Positions 1-12,949 of a stretch of 64,000 nt of DNA are shown one piece after another. Source of the DNA: Eledone cirrhosa. Its lineage: Eukaryota. A program made the translations under genes and the position numbers. Every line of letters begins with the position of its first letter. Position 1 is the stretch's first letter. The DNA is taken from contig OZ024754.1 of NCBI GenBank assembly GCA_964016885.1, positions 5,208,001 to 5,272,000 on the forward strand. The letters run 5' to 3'. Below the pieces are notes generated by a model. The model made no database searches. It was given only the letters and a program-made list of their open reading frames with translations, and was not told the DNA's origin.

Positions 1-46
1 TTACGCTAAATAGTTTCTGGCAACTCATTATGCCGTCTTCAGAAGG
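1..46 (-). ncRNA. Hammerhead ribozyme motif (family F), cut by window edge
   Basis: Reverse complement reads cctt-CTGAAGA-c-ggca-taatgagt-tgcc-a-GAAAC-tatttagc-GTA-a. Both core boxes and a 4-bp stem II are present. The 3' strand of stem I runs off the window. Confidence 0.55.
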
Positions 47-147
47 TTTGCAAACTCCATCTCGAAGTGAAAGCAGCCTGTTGACTTATAAAGAATTGAA
101 AAATTTGAAATTTGAAATGTAATCGTCGCATCACAAATGATTATAAT

Positions 148-323
148 AATTGTTTCTACAAGGCCAGCAATTACCCAGTGCATTACTGGTACTTTATTTT
201 ATCGACACCGTAAGGATGAAAGGCAAAGTTAACCTCGGCGGCATATGAACTCAGAATGGCAAGGGCCATAACTCTATGCGTCAAAGCATGTCGTCTGACC
301 CTCTACTGATACTGATAGCCACC
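148..323 (-). mobile_element. tRNA-derived SINE copy (octopus-type SINE family)
   Basis: Matches the family consensus seen throughout the window (...ctggtactttattttatcgac.ccgtaaggatgaaaggcaaagttaacctcggcgg...gaactcaga...). Confidence 0.85.
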
Positions 324-427
324 CAATGTTAAATATTAGTTGAGGAATTCATGTAAAATACATTGGAAAGGGAGAGACCTTACAGAGGAGCCTGCGAAAG
401 TACACCTTCTAGCAAGAGGTGAACGTA

Positions 428-636
428 ATGGTTTCTGATTTGGGTGCAAGGCTAACAATTTTGAGAGAATCAAAAGCCGAGTAAATCGACACCAGTCAGT
501 TACACGTACTTAATTTTATCGACCTTGTAAGGATTAAAGGCAAAGGTAACATCGGAGGGATTTGAACTGAGAACGTAAAGGGCCGTAACGCTATACTACA
601 AAGCATGTTGTCCGACGCTCTACCAATACTGCTAGA
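428..636 (-). mobile_element. tRNA-derived SINE copy, diverged long-tail subfamily
   Basis: Same core (ttttatcgacc..taaggat.aaaggcaaag...gatttgaact.agaacgtaaagggccgtaac) with a longer 3' segment. Confidence 0.75.
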
Positions 637-701
637 AATTATTAAATACTGAGAAATTTGAAATTTATAGGGTACTCGACGCAAAGCAAATATCTGTAAT
701 A

Positions 702-882
702 TTTGTTTCTACTTTTGGCACAAGGCCACCAAAATACCCAGTACATTACTGGTACTTTATTTTATCGACCCCGTAAGGATGAAAGGCAAAGTTAACCCCG
801 GCAGGATTTGAACTCAGAATGGCAAGGGCCGTAACTCTATGCGTCAAAGCATGGTGTCCGACCCTCTACCGATACTGCCAAT
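702..882 (-). mobile_element. tRNA-derived SINE copy
   Basis: Near-consensus copy; left arm of an inverted pair with 903-1093. Confidence 0.9.
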
Positions 883-902
883 ATTAATATTAGTTAATAT
901 AA

Positions 903-1093
903 GGGCGGTGGATTGGCAGTATCGGTAGAGGGTCGGACACCATGCTTTGCAGCAAAGAGTTACGGCCCTTTATGGTCTGAGTTCAAATCCCGCCGAGGTT
1001 CACTTTGCCTTTCATCCTTACGAGGTCGATAAAATAAAGTACCAGTAATGTACTGGGATAATTGCTGCCCTTGTGCCAAATATAGAAACAATT
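903..1093 (+). mobile_element. Full-length tRNA-derived SINE (reference copy)
   Basis: Pol III A-box-like TGGCAGTATCGG (914-925), B box GAGTTCAAATCC (979-990), central GCCTTTCATCCTTACGAGGTCGATAAAATAAAGTACCAGT domain, 3' end GAAACAATT. Confidence 0.9.
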
Positions 1094-1095
1094 TA

Positions 1096-1265
1096 TATTA
1101 GTTAATATTAGTTGATCTAATATTAGTTAATATTAGTTGATCTAATATTAGTTAATATTAGTTGATCTAATATTAGTTAATATTAGTTGATCTAATATTA
1201 GTTAATATTAGTTGATCTAATATTAGTTAATATTAGTTGATCTAATATTAGTTAATATTAGTTGA
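1096..1265. repeat. 25-bp minisatellite (TATTAGTTAATATTAGTTGATCTAA) x ~6.8
   Basis: Identical units starting at 1096, 1121, 1146, 1171, 1196 and 1221, with a partial unit at 1246. Confidence 0.95.
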
Positions 1266-1270
1266 CCATA

Positions 1271-1391
1271 AGTTCAATCCCGGCGAGATTAACTTCGCCT
1301 TTCATCTTTAAGGGGGGGGGGGTCGATAAGTTAAAACACCAGTAATACACTGGGGTATTTTGCTGGCCGTCTGCCAAAAGTAGAAACAATT
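1271..1391 (+). mobile_element. 5'-truncated SINE copy
   Basis: Starts at the B box (agttcaatcccggcgag) and ends in agtagaaacaatt. Confidence 0.8.
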
Positions 1392-2544
1392 ATATGTAAT
1401 ACATTTTCAAATACTTTTCAAAATTATCAAATATTTGGAGTGGTGTAGTAGTGCACTCAACTCTCTCTTTATCAAGTTGGTGCTGGAATATAACTTCACA
1501 AAATTATCATAGTAGGTTTTTAGATAAATATAATCATATTATAATATACGGTTGTATATAAATAACCCGTGGCGTCTTCAGGTGATTTGTAATCACAAAA
1601 TCTAAATATTTCTTTCCCAATTGATTTACATATATGACCATGGATTTAGCATGGTTTCGCAACATAATACACTTGTAATAGCATTATATTCTGCACTGCA
1701 TATCAGTCTATTCCAAAAACTGGTATTTCCATCGAAGTATAATTTGATTTCATTCTCAGCGATATACTTGTGTCTATAAATATAGTTTTGTATATAAACT
1801 CTATAGATGCTATTCAGTGATCTTTTCTTTCGACTATCAGCCCCCTCTCTGTCTGTATGTCTACCTGTCTCTATGTCTGTATGTATGTCGTCTGTATTCC
1901 TCTCTCTCTCTCCCTCTCTCTCCCTCTCTCCCCATCTCTCTCCCGTGCGCGCATGTGTACACACACACACATATATATATGTAGGAGGTGAGTTTTATTG
2001 TAGTACAATAAAGCAATGCAGATATCGGATAAGAAGCAAACCTTAACTTTACATTATTTTTCTCTTCGTTAATTTTCAAATTCTTTTAATTTATACATTA
2101 TCGTCCAACGGTTTTTCAACCTCTCTCTGTAAAACAATATATTTTTCTCAGTTATAAAAGCTATCTCTCTCTCTCTATCAGCCATCTCTCCTCCTATCTC
2201 ATCCTTCCTCATTATACTCCTCCCCCTCCACTTTTTACTCTCATCTCCTCCTCTTTTTCATCCTTTCCAACCTCCCCCCCTCAATAAAAAAATTTCCCCA
2301 ATATCACACATCAATCTAAAACTACTTTTCATATGTTGATTTAAAACTGCACTATCCACAAGTGTTTTTTAACCTTCATATCATGTCCTCATATTTTATC
2401 TGATGAAAACACAAATGTTATTGCATGATGATATTTGTTTTTAAAATGCGCATAATAAAATACATGGAACTCATTTAACCATCTTTTGATCTTATATATT
2501 ATATATATATATATATATATGAGTGTGTGTGTGTGTGTGTCACA

Positions 2545-2883
<339 letters not shown>

Positions 2884-2894
2884 TACATATATAT

Positions 2895-3036
2895 AAAGTT
2901 TAAGCAAAGAATCGCTGCTTTCACCCTTAGCTGGATCTTCTGAAACTCAAATTAACTCTAGGATTCTTATATATTTGATATATATTTATTCTTATCGAGC
3001 CCTCTTTGGATGTTAGTCTTCAAATTTATTATTATT
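2895..3036. mobile_element. Short PLE-type terminal-repeat element, family C, 5'-inverted copy
   Basis: 2895-2947 matches 46160-46211 directly, whereas 2957-3036 is the reverse complement of 46053-46132. Flanked by (TA)n on both sides. Confidence 0.7.
2897..2947 (-). ncRNA. Hammerhead-like motif, family C (variant core CAGAAGA)
   Basis: agttt-CAGAAGA-tccagctaagggt-GAAA-gca-gcgattctt-tgc-TT-aaact. 5-bp stem I; stem III A-U plus gca/tgc; CUU cleavage triplet. Confidence 0.6.
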
Positions 3037-3053
3037 ATATATATATATACATC

Positions 3054-3149
<96 letters not shown>

Positions 3150-3307
3150 AATATATATGTATATATATACAAATATATAAATATATATGTATATATAAAT
3201 ATATTTATATATATATATATATAAATATATATGTATATATATATATACATATATATACAAATATATAAATATATATGTATATACATATATATACAAATAT
3301 ATAAATA

Positions 3308-3359
<52 letters not shown>

Positions 3360-3370
3360 AATATATAAAT

Positions 3371-3459
<89 letters not shown>

Positions 3460-3758
3460 TATAATATGCATGTATACATCGCTTCCTTCATATGTGCAAG
3501 AGGATATACATATAATGGGATATTGATATGAATATAAAAGTAAATGTATTTATGTAGCTCAATAGTATGTATTATTTCGTTCTCCAATTATCTCCCTGTA
3601 ACAGAGACTAGCTGCCACGCCCCTTTCCTTTAACATACACACGATTCTCTATAAATATCCCCTATACATGTTCACAGACACACATATATACATACATATC
3701 TATCTGCATGTTTGTATAAGTGTATATATTTGAATATATATATATATATATTTATATA

Positions 3759-3850
<92 letters not shown>

Positions 3851-3948
3851 AATATATAGTTGTGTATATATGTGTATATTTGTATATATATATATATGTG
3901 TGTGTATGCGTGTATATATTTGTATATATATATATATATATATTTTAT

Positions 3949-4021
<73 letters not shown>

Positions 4022-4081
4022 TTATATGAATATATAGTTGTGTATATATGTGTATATTTGTGTGTATATATATATATATAT

Positions 4082-4235
<154 letters not shown>

Positions 4236-4451
4236 ATACGTATATGTATGTATGTATAGGCAAGAGTACATATATATGCATGTGCATATTATATTTCTCC
4301 GTGATAATGATGGAGTGTTATAATAGGAAGAGTTTCGCTTTGTGATTCATTTGAAAATTATCTCTACATGAATTTATCTCTGACTTTACATATACACTCG
4401 AAACACATGCATGTCCGAACATACAGACTAGCTATATTGATAAATAAATAA

Positions 4452-4501
<50 letters not shown>

Positions 4502-4576
4502 TTATATATGTATATATATATACACACATATATATATTTATATATATATATATATATATATATAAATATATATATT

Positions 4577-4634
<58 letters not shown>

Positions 4635-4642
4635 TATATATT

Positions 4643-4683
<41 letters not shown>

Positions 4684-4696
4684 GTGTGTGTGAGTG

Positions 4697-4736
<40 letters not shown>

Positions 4737-5083
4737 TATATATGCATACATATTCATACATGCATACATATGACGCATTCAGACAAGTAGCTGTATATGA
4801 TCTCGTGAAAAACATACAGCAATTAGGGAAAAATATGGCGCGTAAAATAAAAGTAGGAACAAAAAAAAAATAATATAGAATATTCTTAAAACAAACACAC
4901 AAAAAATGTGATCAGTTTAAGAAATATAAGTCGTTATCATTATAAAAATACTCAACCATGCTCACTAAGAAATATAAAATTGCTGAAACAAACATATGTG
5001 GTGAAAAATACACTGGACTACAGATGGAATTGTAAAAAATGTACAGATGCAAGAAATATATGGAGTCAATCTATATCAATATC

Positions 5084-5124
<41 letters not shown>

Positions 5125-5340
5125 GGTGTATCGGAGGGAGTAGAGCATCGGATTCAACGTCGACAGCAACGCCGTTGTCGTCATAGTTGTCATCATCATC
5201 ATCATCATAATAATCCGCATCATCAACATCTTTATTATCTTCCTTACGTTCTGAGTTGTACGGACATTTGGTTGTTATTCCTACCCATTGTGTACTTGTT
5301 TTGTTGTCTTTTTCTTTTAAAAAGCTATTTCTAAATGTCA

Positions 5341-5522
5341 TTGGCTGTATCGGCAGAGGATCGGAGGCCATGCTTTTACAGCATAGTTACGTCCCTTTAC
5401 GTTCTGAGTTCAAATCCCGCCGACGTTAACTTTGCCTTTCATCCTTACGGGGTCGATAAAATAAAGTACCAGTAAAACACTGGGGGTAAATTCTGGCCTT
5501 GTGCCAAAAGTAGAAACAATTT
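5341..5522 (+). mobile_element. tRNA-derived SINE copy
   Basis: A box ttggctgtatcgg, B box gagttcaaatcc, consensus body, (ATT) tail. Confidence 0.88.
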
Positions 5523-5771
5523 ATTACCATCATCAACGTCATTATATTCATCATAATCGTCCTCTAACTCATCATCATCACCATAATCATCGTCATCATC
5601 ATCATCATCATCATAATCATCACCGTCTCCTCATCGTCATCGCCATTCTCATCATCATCATCGTCATTATCATCATCATCTTCATCATCATCAACATCTT
5701 CATTATCATCATCATCCTCTCATCCTCGCTATCATCGTCATCCTTATCATCATAATTGTCATCCTAGTCCC

Positions 5772-5820
<49 letters not shown>

Positions 5821-6097
5821 TTAATTTTCATTAACATCACCTTCATCATCATTATTCTTATCTGAATCTTCACCATCATCACCTTCCCCATCTTATCAAC
5901 ATCTTCATCATCATCCACCATCATCATCATCAGTGATAGCACACAGGTAGCCTTCAAAATGGGTGTATGCTGGAACATTGAGTTGTCAATGACATGTTTC
6001 ATTCGTATTAGATCTCCTCAGTGAAGCAAGCATATTAACATTGCATTTGGACTAGACTAAGTATGGTCAATAGATATAGGTGATGGGAAGTAAAGAA

Positions 6098-6255
6098 CTG
6101 TTTCTACTTTTGGTACAAGGCCAGCAATTACCCAATGCATTACTGGTACTTTATTTCATCGATCCCGTAAGGATGAAAGGGAAAGTTAACCTCGGCGGGA
6201 TTTGAACTCGGAATGGCAAGGGCCGTAACTCTGTGCATCAAAGCATGGCGTCCGA
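6098..6255 (-). mobile_element. tRNA-derived SINE copy (5'-truncated)
   Basis: Consensus match. Confidence 0.85.
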
Positions 6256-6918
6256 ATCTCGAAATCTGAGACAAGATGCCCGAGAAAAGTGTTGAGTATG
6301 AAATATATGAATAAAAAACATCGCCTCTGTCTGAATATTGGTGAATGGGAACATAAATATGAGGATGCTATTAGTACTGCTTAAATGATAGAAATATAAT
6401 AAGGGCCAGGACAATGATAGAAATATAATAAGGGCCAGGACATCAATGGCCTTGGTTGATCTGAACCATTTGGAGCAATTTATTTGTGTATAGATTTATA
6501 TAGATTTCTTTTGGTCATTTAGGATGGCGTGAATTCGCACATTTTATCACGGCGTCACTCATGTGTTTCCAAGTGGAAACGCCGCCAAATTTACCCAGGC
6601 TAGGTAAAGGAGAGAGAGAGTGAGAGAGAGAGAGAGAGAGAGAGTCAGATAGAGAGAAAGAGAGAGAGAGAGAGATGAGAGAGAAAGAGAGGGATGAGAT
6701 AGAAAGAGAGAGAGAGAAAATGTGAGAAAGAAAAGGGGAGAAGAGTGGACTCCAGCTCAAAGCCCAGAAGCCGGGAAGGATTATCACTTGGCTATCGATG
6801 CAAAACATTTAAATATATCCCCTCTCTTTCTCTCAATCATTCCATCAATCAGCCTCTAATTCTCATCTCACTCTCATACTCTCTCCCTCGCTATCATTGT
6901 TTGTATATATATATATAT

Positions 6919-6961
6919 ATGATGGCTGCCCCCTCGTTATCGAGTATGGCCATTGCACGAG
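6919..6961 (-). mobile_element. Isolated retroelement 3' end related to the 22922-23530 family
   Basis: Reverse complement tggccatactcgataacgagggggcagccatcat(AT)n aligns with tggccgtactcgaaaacgagttggcagccaccat(GTAT)n. Confidence 0.6.
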
Positions 6962-7317
6962 AATAAAAAAATTTTTTTTAAATTTTTAAAAAATAAAAAT
7001 ATATATATATATACACACACATACATACATATATATATAAATACATACACATACATACACATATATTAATAACAATAATAATAATAATAACAACAATAAT
7101 AATAACGACAACACAAGAATAATAGTATACATATACATATACATATATATATACACACACACGCACACACATAAACATATCTATACACACACACACACAC
7201 ACGATAGCAACTAACACCGCTGCGATCGAATGTGGCTTTTTAGCCCAGCCAATGATCTAAAATGTGTTGCACAGAGTCGGCAACCAAAACATTCACTGGG
7301 AATAGCCGGCTGTGGTT

Positions 7318-7371
<54 letters not shown>

Positions 7372-7408
7372 TACATAGTATATATATATATAGAGAGAGA
7401 GAGAGATG

Positions 7409-7459
7409 AGATTCTACAGGACTAGAACTGTTTCATTCTTTAGAAATCATCAGGAATCT
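7409..7459 (-). ncRNA. Minimal type I hammerhead ribozyme (family A)
   Basis: Exact reverse complement of 7499-7549. Confidence 0.8.
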
Positions 7460-7498
7460 GGCTTTCCAAAAATATACAACATTTATTTTTGGAAAGCC

Positions 7499-7549
7499 AG
7501 ATTCCTGATGATTTCTAAAGAATGAAACAGTTCTAGTCCTGTAGAATCT
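7499..7549 (+). ncRNA. Minimal type I hammerhead ribozyme (family A)
   Basis: agattc-CTGATGA-t-ttc-taaa-gaa-t-GAAAC-ag-ttctagtc-ct-GTA-gaatct. Canonical core, 6-bp stem I, predicted cut after 7543. Confidence 0.8.
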
Positions 7550-7631
7550 CATCTATATTAAAACTTGTATACTCTGCTTTGTATTGAGTACCTTACTTAC
7601 TGTGGTTACCTCCGATTCAACCCGGAATAAC

Positions 7632-7668
<37 letters not shown>

Positions 7669-8278
7669 TATATTTAGTATCGCTAAAAAGCTTTCTCCGA
7701 TATTGTATTTATATATATATATATATATATATAAGGTTGTGCCGATACATATATATATAAACTATGCCAAGCTGTAAGGTTATATATATATATTTATATG
7801 TGTGTGTATGTATGTGTGTTCGTGTGTGTGTGTGATAAATAGTTGTGTACATGTAAGCGTGTGTATGTGTGGATGAGATTCTGAAATTTAGGGATTTAGA
7901 AAAAAACGGAAATGTATATAAACCTATGTTTAAAAACATTAGTTTCTATGTATTTTAAGTGTATTTAGATGCACGTATATAAATAAAATAAATATATATA
8001 TATCTATATATATACACACATGTATATATATATATGTGTGTGTGTATATATATATATATACATTTATATATATATATATATACGGATACAGGTATATTTG
8101 AATGTAACGTGTGGATTAGAGTTGTACATCTATTCACAAGTGAATTCGGAAATTCTAATACGTGTACAGACAGATACACGCGCGTACACACACAAACACA
8201 CACACACATATATATATATTCATGATTGTATATATATACACATACATCAATATACATATACATGAATATATATTCATG

Positions 8279-8325
<47 letters not shown>

Positions 8326-8524
8326 ACACATGAGATGAATAACTGTCAAAGTTATAAAATAAAAGAAACAACAACTAAACACAATAACAACAACAACAAC
8401 AACAACAATAACAACAACAATAATAACAGTAATAAAATAGATGTGAAATCTCAATTGGGAAAGGGAGAGAGAGAAAGTGAGATAGAGAGATAGAGAGGGG
8501 GAGAGAGAGGTTGAGAGAGAGATT

Positions 8525-8577
<53 letters not shown>

Positions 8578-8762
8578 GAGAAGATAAGTGAGAGGTGAGA
8601 AGAGAGCTGCATGTGAACATCTCAATTATAAGACATTCCAAACAGCACAGGTCTGAGTAAGAATCCGTTCAATGCTATAACGTAACTACTATTGTCCATA
8701 AATTCACGCTTCCATTTTATACTTGAAAATTTCTTTTATTTTATTATATACATATATGTCTT

Positions 8763-8814
<52 letters not shown>

Positions 8815-8860
8815 TATATATACTTATATATATATATATATATAAATATAAGTATATATT

Positions 8861-8895
<35 letters not shown>

Positions 8896-8953
8896 GCACT
8901 TACCTTATACACGTCTATATATATATATATATATATGCACTTAACTTATACAC

Positions 8954-9023
<70 letters not shown>

Positions 9024-9054
9024 GTCTCTTTATATATATATATCCTTTTCCTTC

Positions 9055-9098
<44 letters not shown>

Positions 9099-9482
9099 TG
9101 TACACGTATATAGATTCTTAGCTATGTACATGTCTTTTTATTTCTTTCAAATATTTTGTCCGTGTGATACAGTTTATCTTTCAGGCTGAACAAAATCCTG
9201 CAGAGAATTAATCAGAGAAATGGTATGAGTCTTATAATGAATCAGCTTGTATTGATTAACAGTCTGTAAAGCCATATTAATACACAGTTTGGTTTGTCAG
9301 TTAGATAGCAAGATATTTACGTATGTATGCCTTTTGTTTTTGTTTTTTTTTTGTTAAGTATATGCCTATATGGTGGTGTTGCACAAGCATACATGTAGAT
9401 ATATTCCTATGTGTGTATGTATGTATGTATGTATGTATACTCGTATATACACACACAAACACACACAAAATGCGCATATTTA

Positions 9483-9519
<37 letters not shown>

Positions 9520-9546
9520 TTATGTATATATATATATATTTACATG

Positions 9547-9622
<76 letters not shown>

Positions 9623-9806
9623 CGTGCCTGTCTGTTTAAATGTGCATAGCCACAAACACATGCATAAATCCATGCATACATATATACATATATACATATA
9701 TACAGCTGCAGACACATCTACAAGCATGCCTGCATATGCACCTGATATTAGCGTTATGTGTAATTAAGCTAATATATACCAACACAAATTCACACCAGTA
9801 CATGCC

Positions 9807-9876
<70 letters not shown>

Positions 9877-9877
9877 A

Positions 9878-9912
<35 letters not shown>

Positions 9913-9913
9913 T

Positions 9914-9985
<72 letters not shown>

Positions 9986-10249
9986 GAAGGAAAAGGTTAT
10001 ATATATATATAAAGATATATATATATAGAGATAGATAGATAGAGTGAGAGAGAGAGAGAGATGAATGTGATTGACTTGGACAGAAAGATATATATATTTT
10101 TCTAAGTGAACGTTTCGCATTTTACTTTCCAAAGTTTGATATGGATACATATACACACATATTCTTACACACAAACACACACGTATATATAGCTATAATA
10201 TTAGTTGTCTATTGTATAATAAAGTTTGAAATACTCCGGCTAAATTGAT

Positions 10250-11050
10250 GGCTGTTTTTGCTACAGTATTAATATCATTTACATAACAGGACTACATTGT
10301 CAGGACTGAGTTGTTGTTTGCTAAACATCATATGTCTTTTTATCACTCCTTACTAAGAATAGGTTGACTACGTCCTCAGCCATGTTATTTTCCATTACGG
10401 TCGCTTTTACCTGGCATATAATTCATCATTGATTTTGTACATATGTCATTTGAATGTTTTAATTAAGCTAGTCTCAACCGCATATGCAATCATTTGTTTG
10501 AACTGGTCACGGCCTTCGTGTTTAGATCCATTACTTCCTTCCAATGGAATCTATTTCCTCGTCTAGTTAATGTTTGGTATTTTTTTCTGTTCTTCAGCCT
10601 TGTTGGAGAAAGTTCTTCTAATTTTTCTGTTAATTTAGATAGTTGTACGACCTAGCTCAGAGATGTTAGCTTCGTAGAAGTCTATTTCTCGTCAGCTGGT
10701 CATCTTTATACAGTTCTCTTCTGCACAATTGATGTCGTCGAATGGTTTTTGATACACTAATCCATGCCTAGTGTTAATATGTTAGGTCAGATATAATAGT
10801 CCACTCACTAATGTAGATGTCTGTAATGTTAGATACATCTGGGGACATGTTATTTTGAAGACGTATAACCATTGAGAAATCATTGTTAAAGTATTATCAA
10901 TTTAAACCACGGAGTTACTTCCCTTGATCAACTTCTCGAGAATTTTCATTAAGCCTACTGATATTTTTTTCGATAGTTTTGAAATCTCAATTCATTAAAC
11001 ATTTATTTGGATCACTAGATCACGTATGATAACCCAGCACTTAACGTTTA
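10250..11050 (-). pseudogene. Possible highly decayed PLE reverse-transcriptase remnant
   Basis: Higher-complexity island. Minus-strand VYQKP resembles the PLE RT VYRKP motif. No open frame. Confidence 0.25.
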
Positions 11051-11235
11051 AGTAGTCAGTCAATCGATATATTTGACTCGGTTGATTGACAACCGAAATT
11101 TATAGATTATTGCAGACGACGGCATACACACATACACACACACACACACGCACATACACACACACACACATATATATATAGATATATAGTCATATATCTA
11201 TAAGTACATTCGTACACACTCGAACGCACACGCAC

Positions 11236-11334
<99 letters not shown>

Positions 11335-11508
11335 CGTATATGATTGTATGAGTCGTTGGTTGGTGTGCTCTGTGTGCACATGAATTGTAAAATCGATAAT
11401 ATAGAACTGTTATACTAATTGGCTGCATGTATTCAGACATGCATTACATCACCAATCAGAAATATATATATATATACACATATATATAAATAAATAAATA
11501 AATATGTA

Positions 11509-11582
<74 letters not shown>

Positions 11583-11899
11583 GCACGCAGGCACACATGC
11601 CCTCTTTCTGGGTTTAACGCTAGCAGTTACACATGCATATAAAGGGATATATGTATGTATGCATGTATGTATATATCTATCTGTGTATGTATGTGTGTAT
11701 GTTCTTTGGTTTTATAGTTCTATAAATTTTCACCAACAGAGAGAGACAGAGGAGCTGGTTCCTAATATAGACCCAAGACTCTTTCATTCGAATTCAGACA
11801 ATAAGAACTAGGTAAATAGTTGCGTGTGTCTGTATGTGCGGATGTATGCATGTTGGTGTGTTGTGTTTGGAAACTTTTGGGAAACCCTGGTCTAGCAAA

Positions 11900-12085
11900 T
11901 AATTGTTTCTACTTTACGCACAAGGCCAGTCGATTAAATTGACCCCAGTTCATTACTCGTGCTTTATTTTAAGGAGGAAAGGCAAAGCTAACCTCGGCGG
12001 GATTTAAACTCAGATCGTAAAGGGGCGTAACCCTATGCCATAACGCATATTGTCCGATGCTCTAGCGATACTGCGAATCTACCGG
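11900..12085 (-). mobile_element. Diverged SINE copy
   Basis: aattgtttctacttt...ggcaaagctaacctcggcgggatttaaactcagatcgtaaa...ctctagcgatactgc. Confidence 0.75.
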
Positions 12086-12179
12086 TTTAGCAAATAATAA
12101 ATATACGTAAACGTCAGCAAAACATTCGTAACAAACGGGTTCTTAACCTGAAGGCTTGTCTGATTCCATTACTACGAAT

Positions 12180-12392
12180 TAGACCTGAGTATAAGAGACA
12201 ACCCGTGGGACGGAGGCGTGATCATTTCAAAATTAACAAACCACCTGTATCTAATGGTCATATCATATTATCGAAATGTGTGAAGTAGGCACACCTTAAA
12301 GTTTCTTTCTCAAGAAAACCAAACCGCCGCCAGGCCTGGAATCGATATATAATCTTACGATCGAGATGTGCACACCATACCCACTAGGCCAT
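12180..12392 (-). mobile_element. Old tRNA-derived SINE of a second family
   Basis: Reverse complement begins tggcctagtggg (A-box-like) followed by atcgattccaggc (degenerate B box). Confidence 0.4.
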
Positions 12393-12642
12393 TCGTAATA
12401 TGTTTCCAATTATCAATGAGGTAAACAGTGTACAAACCCTAGGTAGTTGGCTTAAAGTTTCAATAATTTATTGTTATAATGCCAATTCTCATCATATTAA
12501 AAAAATAAGTATTGCTGTTTATTGTAATCATTGTATGATTATTATTTTTTAACAAAATAGTTGCATTATAATAATAATGATACAAATAATGGTATCGTCC
12601 CACCTACAACAGCTTCTTCATATCTCATATATATATATATAT

Positions 12643-12683
<41 letters not shown>

Positions 12684-12767
12684 GTATGTCAGTGTTTGAC
12701 TGTATAGACACCAAGACACATACACACACACATATATATATATTTATATCGAGAGAGAGGGATAGAG

Positions 12768-12866
<99 letters not shown>

Positions 12867-12949
12867 AAGAGTGAGAGAAAAAGACTATATATATGTGTTT
12901 GTGACTGCAACTATTGTAATATAATTTGCAAATGTGTGTACATAATTAT

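Larger units (their letters stand above)
7404..7632 (+). mobile_element. Short PLE-type element, family A, with inverted 5' duplication
   Basis: Perfect 71-bp inverted repeat (7404-7474 / 7484-7554), then a tail homologous to the reverse complement of ~55300-55370, ending in (TA)n. Confidence 0.75.

Noticed and set aside
903-995. tRNA gene suggested by A and B boxes
   Set aside because: It continues into the SINE body and tail and occurs in about 20 diverged copies, so it is a SINE head and not a tRNA.
1096-1265. Regularly spaced repeats superficially like a CRISPR array
   Set aside because: The units are contiguous with no unique spacers, the context is eukaryotic, and there are no cas genes.
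1549-1590. Minus-strand CTGAAGA followed by cgccacgg..ccg
   Set aside because: There is no GAAA box or stem III, so it is at most a dead hammerhead remnant.
6385-6442. 29-bp direct tandem duplication (atgatagaaatataataagggccaggaca x2)
   Set aside because: An ordinary slippage duplication with nothing inserted between the copies.
7200-7320. Short complex island with possible AG...GT exon boundaries
   Set aside because: The peptide is unrecognisable and there is no supporting neighbouring exon.
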